Virus record (IMG/VR): IMGVR_UViG_3300027963_000040
Reading direction: 5' to 3' (one strand)
DNA from: a virus
DNA: 64,000 nucleotides
Shown here: in pieces, positions 1-10,429 of the stretch
How positions within the stretch are numbered: position 1 is the stretch's first letter
Layout of the letters: each line of letters begins with the position of its first letter
Notes under the pieces: model-generated
The model's database searches: none
Told to the model about the DNA's origin: nothing
What the model saw: only the letters and a program-made list of their open reading frames with translations
Position numbers and translations under genes: made by a program

Positions 1-178
1 CGTAATCGTTATGATGGTGAACTACGGAACCGATTTTTTTATCGCCCTTGTGGATATCGTAATGCTTTTCAACAGCTTTTACGGGATGATCTTCGTCGTC
101 GGTTACATCCTTGGGATGCGTTGTTTTAGTTAGTTTTAAATCATAGTTTTCTTGAAGTTCGTAATTTTCTTCAGACAT
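1..178 (-). CDS. 5' part of a head-core/scaffold-region protein (truncated by window edge)
   Basis: Hand translation from ATG at 178: MSEENYELQENYDLKLTKTTHPKDVTDDEDHPVKAVEKHYDIHKGDKKIGSV..., open to base 1. GGAGA SD and late promoter upstream; lies after gp21, where T4-likes have gp22/core proteins. Confidence 0.6.
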   Translation of the reverse strand, partial: MSEENYELQENYDLKLTKTTHPKDVTDDEDHPVKAVEKHYDIHKGDKKIGSVVHHHNDY

Positions 179-207
179 TAAAGGTCTCCCTTCCAATTTG
201 TTTAGTT

Positions 208-215
208 TATTTATA
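208..215 (-). promoter_or_regulatory. T4-type late promoter TATAAATA
   Basis: Exact consensus on the minus strand about 30 nt upstream of ATG 178. Confidence 0.8.
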
Positions 216-888
216 TTAGATTTGTTTTTGACGAGAGAGACTTTAGGAAGCTCTCATAGATACCGAACTTACCTTGCTCGATCTCATCCATACGCATTTT
301 CTTCATTTCTTTACGTGTTTCATATAGTTTCTCTTGATACCAAGATTCTGTAGATGCATCATAAACCCACTCAGCTCCTTCCATAATACCTTTGACAAAA
401 GCATTAGGAGCAGAAGGATCAGCTACAATATCCGCAGCTGTAGCAAGATGAAAATCATCCTGTACTTCCATGATACCTTGTTTGTTCGGCTTCAAAGAAC
501 CAAGACCACGAGAAGAAACGCCAAGATTAGCACCAGACTTCAGCAGACCCTTAGCAATATTACCCATTGGTGTATCTATAAGTCTAGCTTTACCAATGAA
601 ATTTGAACCATCACGCTTTAGTTCTGTAATCATATGAGAAACACGATCAAGATTAATCTGAGGTCCGGCTGGGTGACCGAGCTCGCCATAAGCTCTTTTC
701 TGATTGATATTGTTCTCGATGTATTTATTGACTGCGGTTTCTAAAACAGGTAGGCTGTAAATACGACCATTGCGGTTAGGAGTATCAGCTTGCATGAAGA
801 TACCATGGATGTAATGGTCTTTAGAACCATCTTCTTTAGCTTCGTAGAGGTATTCGACCTCTTCGGTTAGTTCTGTAATGAGTTTCAT
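211..888 (-). CDS. gp21: Prohead core protease
   Basis: MKLITE start; NRNGRIY, GELGHP, GVSSRGLGSL and DIVADPSAPNAFV motifs; T4 gene order. Confidence 0.96.
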   Translation of the reverse strand: MKLITELTEEVEYLYEAKEDGSKDHYIHGIFMQADTPNRNGRIYSLPVLETAVNKYIENNINQKRAYGELGHPAGPQINLDRVSHMITELKRDGSNFIGKARLIDTPMGNIAKGLLKSGANLGVSSRGLGSLKPNKQGIMEVQDDFHLATAADIVADPSAPNAFVKGIMEGAEWVYDASTESWYQEKLYETRKEMKKMRMDEIEQGKFGIYESFLKSLSSKTNLI

Positions 889-897
889 TTTTATAAC

Positions 898-1176
898 CTA
901 ATTCGTGAATGCAATAGGAACAGCCACTAGTGTTGTCGCTGTATTATTAGAAGTTAATATATCAGTTGGACTTTTTTGAACAATCAAAGTTTCGCCACCA
1001 ATAATAGACATTGTCCATTTAGTAGTAGTATTGGTTGAATCTTTACACGTTATTAAAGCCAAAGATGTGACTGCAGAAGCATGAGAAAGCTTGACTAATC
1101 CGCTATTACCATATGAACTAAATGTTGTGGTGTTACAAACAGATTCAACACCAAGAGGTTTGATTATTGCACTCAT
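898..1176 (-). CDS. Small conserved head-region/virion protein
   Basis: 92 aa ORF coupled to its neighbours, between the core gene and gp21. Confidence 0.65.
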   Translation of the reverse strand: MSAIIKPLGVESVCNTTTFSSYGNSGLVKLSHASAVTSLALITCKDSTNTTTKWTMSIIGGETLIVQKSPTDILTSNNTATTLVAVPIAFTN

Positions 1177-2771
1177 ACGTTTCTTCCTGTATTAACGTCG
1201 ACCGAGTAATTCGGGAATGTGTTTCTTGGAGCTCCGGTCATATCGATACCACCATCAACAGGTGCCGTTTGCTCGTCTTCTTCTTTGTCTTTTGAATGAT
1301 CGCCGTAGACCATGTAATCATGAACTGCAGATACGTGATCTTTAGCAACTGCAATCTTTGCTTGCACCCATGGTTCAATCATTTGTTCATCACCCAGTTG
1401 CATAGCAAGATGCAACGCTTTATTTGCAAGAGCACGCAGTTGCGTTTTTGCCATTTCAGCGGATTCATCGCCGTCTGAACCGCCAAGTAGAGGAACTGCT
1501 AGGTCTTCCTTGATCGACGCTTGATGATGTCTGATTACACTATTAGCTACGTGTGCAGCTGTTGTATCATTTAGTTCCGACGTTTTTCTACCGGGTAGAC
1601 TTGCGCTGTATTTTGTGATGTCTTTACGACTTGCGACTACGCGAGAACCAGGCGTTTTTTTATCTTTATACGCCGAATAAGGATGAATAGAAGTTAACTT
1701 TTCGCCTTTGTAATGAAGATCGTATGTCGGTTTGCCGTCAGGGTGCGCAGTGGTTGATTTCTTACCAGTTTTGACCAGTTTGTAGTCTGGATGTAAATCT
1801 GTTGCTTCGACGATTTCGGTGGAGCCAACTCCGTGTAGAGCTCCTGAATTAAAACCCTCTGTTTCTTCTCCGAGGTGTGGAGTTACAGTAAACTTGTGGG
1901 TTTTACCGAGAGTTCCGGTTCTAGCCTTTGATCTAACATGAACTGTTTTACCGTCGTTCTTTGTTACCATACCGTAACTTTTGTCGCCTGTACCATGCTG
2001 ATAGAAGTCAGTGTGCATACCAACATCCATACCCTTCGCCATGTCTGGGTGCATCTTACCCTTGGCGCCATATTCGCGATGGTTTACTTCGTTGATTGGC
2101 TCAACTTCTTCGTTAGTCTTCTTTGATTTTTCTGGGTGCATGCTGTAATAAGCACCAAGAGCCATACGCTGACGTTCTTCGCCTGACTTACCAGCGAACT
2201 TCTGATCCTTTGACTTGCGGAAATCCCTGATTATGTCGCCAGCTGAAGTATTTTTTGTGAGAACTTCTTTGAGAGTCTTTTTTGGCTTAGAACAGTCAGC
2301 CATTTCGTGGACTGGGCAAGAAACACCTTCCTCGGTCATGTTGCACTTTGCGACTTCATTAGCTTCGTGCTTTATCGTGTATTGTTTGCCGGACTTATCT
2401 TTAGCTACAGAATAACCTTTACCAACAAACTTTACGGTGGCTTTGGATTTGAAATCCGGATTGTTTTTGCTAGGGGAAACGTCGACCTCGTCACCAACCT
2501 TCTTAGCTTCATTTACACTTTCTGAATCTTTGATATTTTTACGACCATGTTTTGTTTCTTTAGCAAGAGCAGGCTTGATGTTCGTAGCCTGATACAACTC
2601 ATCGGTATTACCAACGCGATCTGAATGCTTCTCAGTCTTGTGCAGTTTTACGAATTCTTGTTCGTTCGGAGCCTTCGGTTCGTAATCAACACCAGGATCC
2701 TTACCAGTTGAACCTGGTACGACTTTGGAGGTTTTTACGCCGTTTAAGATATCTTTAAGCGTCTTCGCCAT
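1173..2771 (-). CDS. Prohead core/internal protein, modular, with many gp21-type cleavage sites
   Basis: Occupies the gp68 slot; K/E/H-rich; repeated hydrophobic-x-E motifs (VNE, LKE, INE, IVE, IKE). Confidence 0.7.
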   Translation of the reverse strand: MAKTLKDILNGVKTSKVVPGSTGKDPGVDYEPKAPNEQEFVKLHKTEKHSDRVGNTDELYQATNIKPALAKETKHGRKNIKDSESVNEAKKVGDEVDVSPSKNNPDFKSKATVKFVGKGYSVAKDKSGKQYTIKHEANEVAKCNMTEEGVSCPVHEMADCSKPKKTLKEVLTKNTSAGDIIRDFRKSKDQKFAGKSGEERQRMALGAYYSMHPEKSKKTNEEVEPINEVNHREYGAKGKMHPDMAKGMDVGMHTDFYQHGTGDKSYGMVTKNDGKTVHVRSKARTGTLGKTHKFTVTPHLGEETEGFNSGALHGVGSTEIVEATDLHPDYKLVKTGKKSTTAHPDGKPTYDLHYKGEKLTSIHPYSAYKDKKTPGSRVVASRKDITKYSASLPGRKTSELNDTTAAHVANSVIRHHQASIKEDLAVPLLGGSDGDESAEMAKTQLRALANKALHLAMQLGDEQMIEPWVQAKIAVAKDHVSAVHDYMVYGDHSKDKEEDEQTAPVDGGIDMTGAPRNTFPNYSVDVNTGRNV

Positions 2772-2991
2772 CTTCCTGGTCCTCTACTTCTTCTGTTTCT
2801 AGTTCTTCTTCAGTTTCATAATCGTCAGAAGGGTTTACGAACATGTTCATTGCCATTTGTTGTTTCTTACCTTCAATCGCCGAAGCAACCCTATCCTGAA
2901 GAATAGCCTTGAAAGCGTCTTCAAAATCGATAGGCTTCTGAATTGAACTGAACTTGATAAGATCTGCTACCCGAGCTTCAATTTCCGTCAT
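2755..2991 (-). CDS. gp67: Prohead core protein (gp67-like)
   Basis: Small protein with an acidic C-terminus, directly downstream of the portal gene. Confidence 0.75.
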   Translation of the reverse strand: MTEIEARVADLIKFSSIQKPIDFEDAFKAILQDRVASAIEGKKQQMAMNMFVNPSDDYETEEELETEEVEDQEDGEDA

Positions 2992-3002
2992 GTCTATAAT
3001 CC

Positions 3003-4709
3003 TTATTTATTTCTTGATAATATTTGCACTGCTGATCTATATTTAGATTCATCCTGTATAGAACGTTTATCTTTTTTACTTAACAGATTAACCGTTGCTT
3101 CGGCTTCTCTTATTTTTTTAGCTTGCGCATCATCTTCGGGTGGTGACTCTTCTTCATCAGGAGGTTGTTCGCTCCCATCAGATATTTGATCGTCCATTCC
3201 ATCCATAGGAGAAGGAGGATTCCAGCGAGGATCATCCTGCTCTTCTTCAATTTGCTTGTCATGTTCTTCAATATCATCATCTGACTGCTGAAGGATATTT
3301 TTACGTGCCCACTCGTGCGAGTAGTACTTACCAAGTAGACCACCCTGATCCATAGTCATCATGAGCTGAGCTCGATTCTGAACCACTTCGGAATTCTTCA
3401 GCTCGGTGAAGTAGTTGTCTTTAGCGAAATCGAATCGAATATCCGGAGCAATATTCTGCCAATCCTCGATCGACATAATACCTTTCAGAACCAGCTGCTT
3501 TTCTAACAGTGAAGTGAATAGTGTGCTGAAACGACCGCGAAGTCTTGAAATAAACTTAGAGAACTTCAGTTCGTCTCTTGTAACTTCTGTTGCTCTACCA
3601 AGAGAGAACAGAGCATCAGAATTTAGGCGATTCACAGGCACGTTTAGAGTTTGATACATCTTTTTCTGGAAGTAAAGAACATCATCCATCTGACCGAGCG
3701 TTTGACCGCCTGGTAGTGTAGTTACTTCCGTACCACGTCCGCCTTCTCTACGAGGCAGCCAGTAGTCTTCAAGCATCGTCATGAACTTTCTGTCGTCGCG
3801 AACTTCACCGGTGGCGCCATCGTAAATCAAACGATTTTTGTGCTTGACCATAATGTCGCGAACATACTGCTCAGCCTTCATCTTAGGCAAGTTACCAACA
3901 TCGATATACCAGATACGACGCTCAGGAGCGCGCGCGAGGCGGTAAATGACTAGAGCATCTTCGAGAGTGCGAAGCTGATTTAGTGCTTTGATTGCTTTGT
4001 GAAGATATGAGAGAACCATTGTTCCCTGAGTGTCAGACAATCCGGATGTAATATACACAACCGAGTCTTTGGCGATCTTCATACCAGTTGTTGAAGGACC
4101 AACTACCTTATTACCGTAGTTGAAACCCTTGTCGTTGAAGATGAAGTATTCGTTTTGAACTTTTGGAACGACAGCCTCATGACCGTCTCCACCAGGAACT
4201 TTTCTTTTTGCCACTTCACGAACTTTACGGATTTTTCTAGGATCAACGTATCTTACTTCTTTGATACCAGCACTTACGTTCTTTTCATCAATAACAACGT
4301 GGTAATACAATCTACCATCAATGTACCAGCGACGGTAGATATCGTATGCTCTTGATTGGAAATCTAGAATGTTCAAAACGTTTTGGAATTCGTCTCGAAT
4401 GGCTTTCTTGACCTTGTCTGTGACTTCAAGGTTGTCGAGAACAATACTGACGATATTTTGTTCGTCGATTGATATTGATTCGTTAACGATTTCATCTACA
4501 GCCGAATCAATTTCAGGCTGTAGAGACATTTCTCTGTACTTAGTTACTAACTCGGCTTCGGTTCTTACCGTCCCGTCTAGGTCAATATAAGTGCCGTAAG
4601 CACCACCTGCGGCAACGATAACTGCTCCGTCGTCTGCTTCTTTCGGAGCAAAAGACGGAGCTGTATCAACAGGAACTTTACGTTGGAATTCGAATCCGAA
4701 TAGTTTCAT
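3003..4709 (-). CDS. gp20: Portal vertex protein
   Basis: YRLARAPERRIWYIDVGNLPKMKAEQY and MLEDYWLPRREGGRGTEVTTLPGGQ motifs. Confidence 0.98.
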   Translation of the reverse strand: MKLFGFEFQRKVPVDTAPSFAPKEADDGAVIVAAGGAYGTYIDLDGTVRTEAELVTKYREMSLQPEIDSAVDEIVNESISIDEQNIVSIVLDNLEVTDKVKKAIRDEFQNVLNILDFQSRAYDIYRRWYIDGRLYYHVVIDEKNVSAGIKEVRYVDPRKIRKVREVAKRKVPGGDGHEAVVPKVQNEYFIFNDKGFNYGNKVVGPSTTGMKIAKDSVVYITSGLSDTQGTMVLSYLHKAIKALNQLRTLEDALVIYRLARAPERRIWYIDVGNLPKMKAEQYVRDIMVKHKNRLIYDGATGEVRDDRKFMTMLEDYWLPRREGGRGTEVTTLPGGQTLGQMDDVLYFQKKMYQTLNVPVNRLNSDALFSLGRATEVTRDELKFSKFISRLRGRFSTLFTSLLEKQLVLKGIMSIEDWQNIAPDIRFDFAKDNYFTELKNSEVVQNRAQLMMTMDQGGLLGKYYSHEWARKNILQQSDDDIEEHDKQIEEEQDDPRWNPPSPMDGMDDQISDGSEQPPDEEESPPEDDAQAKKIREAEATVNLLSKKDKRSIQDESKYRSAVQILSRNK

Positions 4710-4724
4710 TTATTTTATTTTTCC

Positions 4725-4751
4725 AAAACGGAGAGGAGTAATCTCCTCTCC
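4725..4751 (-). terminator. Rho-independent terminator between gp19 and gp20
   Basis: Perfect 9-bp stem GGAGAGGAG-ATTA-CTCCTCTCC followed by GTTTT on the minus strand. Confidence 0.7.
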
Positions 4752-4775
4752 TTCACAATATATATTATTTTACAA

Positions 4776-5348
4776 TCAGCCGCCAGGCTCGCCGGTGTCG
4801 ATAGCAGCACCAGTTCCACCAAACTGAATCGGAATCCAATAATCGTAAGAGAATGTTACATCGAACGTCTGAATAGCGTTTGTGTTATCCCAGTCCAGAG
4901 CCATATTAGAAACGGTTGTCGGAAAAATACCAACAAACTGATAAGATCTAATAGCGGTGCCTTCCTTAGAGAACTGTGTTACATAAGCATCTGTATTCTT
5001 GTAACTGTTTGCCGCAAGAAGCTTTACGTTTCCGACAAACTGATTGATCTGATTTGACCAATCTTCAAACATATTTCTTACTAGATAATCTTCATCATTC
5101 ATAACCGTGACGGACCAATCGGCGAAAGTACGATCGCCAGCCAACTTAATCTGACGACCAAAATACGGAACGTTTACTGGATCGATAGTTGCTGCCGGAA
5201 CTTCGGAAGCGCGACAAGTAAAAACAAACTTATCGATTGTCGCTTGATCTTCGCCGATATTTGGATTGATCTGAACTTGAAAAAGACTTGGTCTTGCGCC
5301 ACCTAACGTAAGACCGCGACTTTTGAAGTCATTGATATTAAAAGCCAT
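4776..5348 (-). CDS. gp19: Tail tube protein
   Basis: GGARPSLFQV, GRQIKLAGDRTFADWSVTVMNDED and FDVTFSYDYW motifs. Confidence 0.96.
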   Translation of the reverse strand: MAFNINDFKSRGLTLGGARPSLFQVQINPNIGEDQATIDKFVFTCRASEVPAATIDPVNVPYFGRQIKLAGDRTFADWSVTVMNDEDYLVRNMFEDWSNQINQFVGNVKLLAANSYKNTDAYVTQFSKEGTAIRSYQFVGIFPTTVSNMALDWDNTNAIQTFDVTFSYDYWIPIQFGGTGAAIDTGEPGG

Positions 5349-5376
5349 GTTCGTTACTCCTGTTTTTCTTTATTTA

Positions 5377-7488
5377 TTAGAACTGACCGATGATTGTTGA
5401 GAACTGAACGCCAGTTCGAACAGCCACGAAATTCAGCTGAATAAAGTTGATTGAACGATTTGGCTTGATGTAAATATCACCCCAGAACTCATTTCGATCA
5501 ATTCTTTCTGCTGTGTTATTTGTGGAGTCGCAAACAACCAGGAAGTCAGTTATACCACGACGAGCCTGAACGTCACGCAGATAAGGAACGACTAGGTTCT
5601 TAAACTGCGATCTTGTAAATTCATCGTTGAACTCAAACAGAGAGAATCTTGAAGCATTAGAGATTGATTTTTCAAGATTGATGAATAGACGACGAACATT
5701 GATATGATCGAATGCAGAAGGCTTCTTTGTTCCAGTCTTATCACCGAACAGAACGGTTCCTTGACCTGGGAATGTTACAATCGGATTGATCGAGTTTTTG
5801 TAAAGGAGATCTCTTTCGAGCTTTACTGGATTATAACGAAGCTTTACAATGTTTTTAATCTGACCGCGATTGAAACCGGCTGGAGAAAACCAAGCATCGT
5901 TTGTTGCTTCTGTTCTTGCTGCAAGACCAGCGATATCGCCGTTCAGAGGAACATAACGATAAACGTCGTTATAACGATCGTACATATACTTGTAACTTGA
6001 GTCGTACACAGCGTATGTAGAATCAGAAAGAGCGCCAAACCAGTTAACAAGCGAAGTAGCTTCCGCCCCAACGTTGCTCTTTACAAGAGAATCATCTGGA
6101 GAGATGAATGCAACGCAGTCTTTACGAGCTTCGGCGATATTCTGAATCAGATAATTCGCAAGCTGAAAGTTATTTACAGTCTGACCATTTACAGTTGTAG
6201 AACCGCCAGTTGGTTTACCCTGCATCAGTAGAGCAATATCGACTGTCTCTGTAGATTTATAAAGATCATACGCAGAAGCAAGAATGTTTAGAGGGGCTGT
6301 TGATTCTGTATAACCATCAGTTCCACCAGCGAACGATAGAGACAGAGGAGACATGTTAGATGAACTTGCGATATTCAGAGCAACATTTGAAACAGCACCG
6401 GTACGATCGTTAGCCCACCATACGTAAGCAGAACCATCGTTGATTACTGTTTTATAGTAAAGTGAAGCGCCTGCCTGAGACTTAGCATCAGTAGCACGGG
6501 AAACGTTCTCGTAAACTTCTAGAACTGCGTTAGGAATTCCAGTGAACATACCGTCTTGGTCAACAACCACTACGTGCATAGTATCAACGGCTGAAGTGTT
6601 ACCGAAGTTTGTATTATAGTAAGAAGATACAGGAGCTCCATCGACTCTGTCGAAGAATTCCCAGTTTCTTGTCAAACCGATAACCGTGGTATTACCGTTA
6701 GTTGTAGTATTAGCGGTGAAATCGGTTGAAAGCTTGTAACCGCTATCGAAGTTTAGTGCAAAAGTTGCTACTGAAGCATTGGCAGTAACTGATCCAACAG
6801 AAGTAACTTTCAGATACTGAGTTCCGATAGAACTGTTTCCTACAGTTACAGCATCACCGACTATTAAACCATTCGCGATTGTATTTGCATAAGTGTTAGC
6901 TGCGCCAACAACGCCATCAGAAGTGAACGAGAAAGTACCTGTGTTCGAACCAATGCTTAAAGAGAAAGAACCAGTAATCGTGTTACTTGTTACGGTTCCA
7001 ACAAGAGCGAGGTTTGAGCTGTATGCGTTAACGCTGTCGCAAACCGAGATCTTCAGCGATGTTCCAAGATAACCAGGATACTTTGCGATATAAACTGCAT
7101 TTGAAGAAGTGTTACCATCACGAACGTTTAGATAATCATTTCTGTTCTTTACAACGTTAGCCGCTACGTTTGCTACGTTCGTATTTGCAATCGCGTTAAA
7201 CGCGCCTTGAGCAGCATTTGAGCTAGTCGTATTGGCAGCACGAACTACGTAAAGAGAAGAACCGTAACCAAGAAAGTTAGCGGCAGTGAAAAAAGTCTCG
7301 TAGTTGTTTGATGTTGGTTTACCGAATGTGTTAACGAGAACGTTTTCATCGGTTACCAAAAATCTTTCGCCAACCGGACCCCAGCGAAAAATGCCGGCAA
7401 CTGCACCGGTTGAAGTGGCTACGCCTGGAACAACTGTAGTAAGGTCGACCTCAGTTACGTTTACGCCAGGACTTATTTGATATGGCAT
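5377..7488 (-). CDS. gp18: Tail sheath protein
   Basis: SPGVNVTEVDLT, WFSPAGFNRG, INVRRLF and IKPNRSINFIQLNFVAVRTGVQF motifs. Confidence 0.98.
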   Translation of the reverse strand: MPYQISPGVNVTEVDLTTVVPGVATSTGAVAGIFRWGPVGERFLVTDENVLVNTFGKPTSNNYETFFTAANFLGYGSSLYVVRAANTTSSNAAQGAFNAIANTNVANVAANVVKNRNDYLNVRDGNTSSNAVYIAKYPGYLGTSLKISVCDSVNAYSSNLALVGTVTSNTITGSFSLSIGSNTGTFSFTSDGVVGAANTYANTIANGLIVGDAVTVGNSSIGTQYLKVTSVGSVTANASVATFALNFDSGYKLSTDFTANTTTNGNTTVIGLTRNWEFFDRVDGAPVSSYYNTNFGNTSAVDTMHVVVVDQDGMFTGIPNAVLEVYENVSRATDAKSQAGASLYYKTVINDGSAYVWWANDRTGAVSNVALNIASSSNMSPLSLSFAGGTDGYTESTAPLNILASAYDLYKSTETVDIALLMQGKPTGGSTTVNGQTVNNFQLANYLIQNIAEARKDCVAFISPDDSLVKSNVGAEATSLVNWFGALSDSTYAVYDSSYKYMYDRYNDVYRYVPLNGDIAGLAARTEATNDAWFSPAGFNRGQIKNIVKLRYNPVKLERDLLYKNSINPIVTFPGQGTVLFGDKTGTKKPSAFDHINVRRLFINLEKSISNASRFSLFEFNDEFTRSQFKNLVVPYLRDVQARRGITDFLVVCDSTNNTAERIDRNEFWGDIYIKPNRSINFIQLNFVAVRTGVQFSTIIGQF

Positions 7489-7534
7489 TTGTTATCTCCT
7501 TTCGAAAGTATATAATAATCGAGCGTTTCAAACT

Positions 7535-7542
7535 TATTTATA
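7535..7542 (-). promoter_or_regulatory. T4-type late promoter TATAAATA
   Basis: Exact consensus upstream of gp18. Confidence 0.85.
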
Positions 7543-9181
7543 AAAACCCGTGTTCTGGCTCGTCGCTCATCCATCCTCTAATAGTCGGAGCCTCGACTAT
7601 CTCTGCATGCGTCATGCCATTATCAACAAATCCAAACGGAGTAAGATCCTGTGAAATTTCTTCATCTGTTTTTTCGCGGAGCCTCGAAAGTGTATTTATC
7701 GATGTCAATTCTTTGAAATACATCTGATCCGAAAGCCAGGCGAACAGAACCAAACCCATAACCATATCATCATGTTTGCCGGACTCAGCTTCGTAGGACA
7801 ATCCTTTTCTGGAAAAAGTAGAGAGTTCGCTAATAGTTTCAAAATCATTTATTACAAACTGATTTTGTTCGATGAGAAGCTTCAAGATTGAACAACCGAC
7901 AGATTTTACTGATTTTGTTGTTCTGATACCTTTGTCGATATTACCGCCGAAACCTGAAGTGATTCTCTTGCCGTTTCTGCCAGCTGATTCTGTGAACAGA
8001 ACGTTATCGTATTCAAAATCATAATGTAATGAATTTGCTACCTGACCACCCATGTTATTGATTTCAACAAGAACAACAGCGCTGTTATACGATTTGCAAA
8101 CTCTGAAAACAATCTCAGCATAGTCAATTGGCGACACTAGATTGTTACGGTAAGTGCAGACCTGTTTGTAAGGCATAGAATGAACGTCTATTATACTGAA
8201 TGCCGAGTAGTCTAAACCTTTGCCCTCTGAAACGTCGACGATACAGACGTAAGGGCGATCTTTCACAGGTTGTTCAAATAACTGTAACCCATTGTTTTTA
8301 TGCATTGGTATTTTGTATACGAGCTCTTTTAGTTTCCAACCAGCGATAAGAGTACCAGAGCTACCTTGGAATTCTACACAGTATTCTTGATCAAACTTTT
8401 CTGTATCAAAATTCATCGCGGAAAGAGTGTCTTTTCTCCAGGCTTCGTCTCTTCCTGGAACGTCATGCCACATGACTTTGATTGGCTTGTAATTGTTTTT
8501 ACCTTCGGACGAGTTCTGCCAGATTTTGTAGAAGTGATTTAGACCGTTTGGAGTTGAAACCAAAACGATCTTTGATTCGGTGCCGGATGAAATTGTAGGA
8601 TAAACGGATGTGAAGAATTCGTCCCAGTTCTCAATGAACGCAGCTTCGTCGATAAACAATAGGTTGATAGAGTAACCACGAATGTTATTAGAAGAAGTAG
8701 CAGCTGCTATGACTCGGCTATTATTCTCTAACTCAAACGATCCTTTGTTCCATTCTTTTACACCCTGTTGCAACCATTTAGGAAGATACTGATACGCCAG
8801 CTGAATACGCCCAAGGATTTCGCGTGCTGTATCACCTTTATTTGCAAGTAAAGCGACGGTTTTGTCGGCATGGAAAATGATATACCAAAGAATGAATCCA
8901 CAAGTAGTAGTTGACTTACCAGCCTGTCTAGCCGTAGCGATGACAGTGTATCTTTCTTCTGCCATCGTCTTGAGCATTTGTTCTTGATATGTATAAGGAA
9001 CGAAGTTAACCAGACCACGGTTGATGTTGATGATCTTCATGTAAGTTGTAACGAAGTATACAACATCGTTTTTGCACTTCATGTATTCTTGCACTAATTC
9101 CGGAGTCCAGTTTACGGAGACTCCGCTGCGCTTTAGATTAGGATTACCAAGATAACTTCTGAAATTGTTAATCTCATTCAC
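7538..9181 (-). CDS. gp17: Terminase large subunit
   Basis: Walker A ARQAGKST, Walker B LLFIDEAAF, STPNGLNHFY, and nuclease motifs DVSEG and HDDMVM. Confidence 0.98.
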   Translation of the reverse strand: MNEINNFRSYLGNPNLKRSGVSVNWTPELVQEYMKCKNDVVYFVTTYMKIININRGLVNFVPYTYQEQMLKTMAEERYTVIATARQAGKSTTTCGFILWYIIFHADKTVALLANKGDTAREILGRIQLAYQYLPKWLQQGVKEWNKGSFELENNSRVIAAATSSNNIRGYSINLLFIDEAAFIENWDEFFTSVYPTISSGTESKIVLVSTPNGLNHFYKIWQNSSEGKNNYKPIKVMWHDVPGRDEAWRKDTLSAMNFDTEKFDQEYCVEFQGSSGTLIAGWKLKELVYKIPMHKNNGLQLFEQPVKDRPYVCIVDVSEGKGLDYSAFSIIDVHSMPYKQVCTYRNNLVSPIDYAEIVFRVCKSYNSAVVLVEINNMGGQVANSLHYDFEYDNVLFTESAGRNGKRITSGFGGNIDKGIRTTKSVKSVGCSILKLLIEQNQFVINDFETISELSTFSRKGLSYEAESGKHDDMVMGLVLFAWLSDQMYFKELTSINTLSRLREKTDEEISQDLTPFGFVDNGMTHAEIVEAPTIRGWMSDEPEHGFL

Positions 9182-9603
9182 TTTTTCATATCCTCGATCA
9201 TCTTCTGAAGCTCGGATGTCGAACCTACAAAAAGATTGTTCGTAACGTGTTTTTTCGCTTCTTCATCCTGAGGAACATCCGCCTTGTCAATCGTTCTGAT
9301 CTGCTGCTGTATGTCAAGCAACTGTTTAGATGCGTTTGTGACTGTATCCATAAGTTTAGCGAGGACCTCGAACGCTCTTGGATTTTGAGACTGATCTGCG
9401 ATAGTTGCAAGTTTTGCGATAGCGTCAGTACCATTTTCTATAACCTCTCGAACGTTCGCGCGCGCGAAGGTAAAATCTTCTTTAGCCGAATCATTTCTCG
9501 CCGTGTTAACGATAGTAGAAATTGATTTACTATAGTCTGGTGGAACAATTGGTCCCAGATTCAATGCCCTGTCGATTGGGCTCTCATCATCATTATTGTC
9601 CAT
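9178..9603 (-). CDS. gp16: Terminase small subunit
   Basis: PRAFEVLAKL and NNLFVGSTSELQKM motifs; directly upstream of gp17. Confidence 0.93.
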   Translation of the reverse strand: MDNNDDESPIDRALNLGPIVPPDYSKSISTIVNTARNDSAKEDFTFARANVREVIENGTDAIAKLATIADQSQNPRAFEVLAKLMDTVTNASKQLLDIQQQIRTIDKADVPQDEEAKKHVTNNLFVGSTSELQKMIEDMKK

Positions 9604-10429
9604 AATCCCGTTCCGTGATGTTAGTTACGTAGCCAAAATCGTCTGTTGCAACAATATTAGCAACTGGTATCGAAAGGCTAGAGTTTGAAGTTGGTTTACC
9701 ATTTGCAGTCAATCCAGGCTGCACCTGGATGTATGATACAACTGGATTGGATGTATTTGCGACAATGTCACCTTTTACGACAAAGAATTCTGTATTCGAA
9801 AACTTGATAACTTTGGAAGTTTTTACCGGACCGTATAGATAAGCTTTCATAGTGAAATCAAGATTCCAAACCATCGATCTGCGTTCTTTGAAATCGCCTT
9901 CGTATACGTCTTCAAGATTAACTCTATTCAGAACGACCGGTATGTCCATGGTCACATTCATCTCGGGAATAAGATGAACAGTAGTTGTCCAGTCTGGTGT
10001 GAAGTAAGGTAGAATCTGCTCTACGATTTTGTTACCATCTTCGGCATTCTTTACAAGCACGCTGAGTTGAAAGTTGATGTTGTAGGGAACTGGCATATAC
10101 TGATATTTGTTCTTCGACTTATCATCCGGGTCTACTACTGCAATACGATTAATCGTCTGGAGTTTTCTAGAACCATCATAGTCGAAGCCAGTCATTTCGA
10201 ACGCCATCATCGGTAATGGATACGTCGCTGTTGGGCGATCAATATTAGGATCCTGAACCACACGAGACAGCATTTTGTCTTTTGGTCCGTATGTAATCGG
10301 AACTCTTTCGACAAGATTCACGTTACCATTTTTATCTGTTCTGCTGATGTAGATACCGTTGAACAAAGTTCCGAACAGGATAATGTATTTACGGATCGAT
10401 GAGAAGTAGAATGGTGTTGATGAGAACAT
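9593..10429 (-). CDS. gp15: Tail sheath stabiliser/terminator
   Basis: IRKYIILFGTLFN, VPITYGPKDK and EQILPYFTP motifs. Confidence 0.94.
   Translation of the reverse strand: MFSSTPFYFSSIRKYIILFGTLFNGIYISRTDKNGNVNLVERVPITYGPKDKMLSRVVQDPNIDRPTATYPLPMMAFEMTGFDYDGSRKLQTINRIAVVDPDDKSKNKYQYMPVPYNINFQLSVLVKNAEDGNKIVEQILPYFTPDWTTTVHLIPEMNVTMDIPVVLNRVNLEDVYEGDFKERRSMVWNLDFTMKAYLYGPVKTSKVIKFSNTEFFVVKGDIVANTSNPVVSYIQVQPGLTANGKPTSNSSLSIPVANIVATDDFGYVTNITERDYGQ

Noticed and set aside
7538-9181. Intein in terminase or portal
   Set aside because: Lengths are normal and no Hint or LAGLIDADG motifs are visible.
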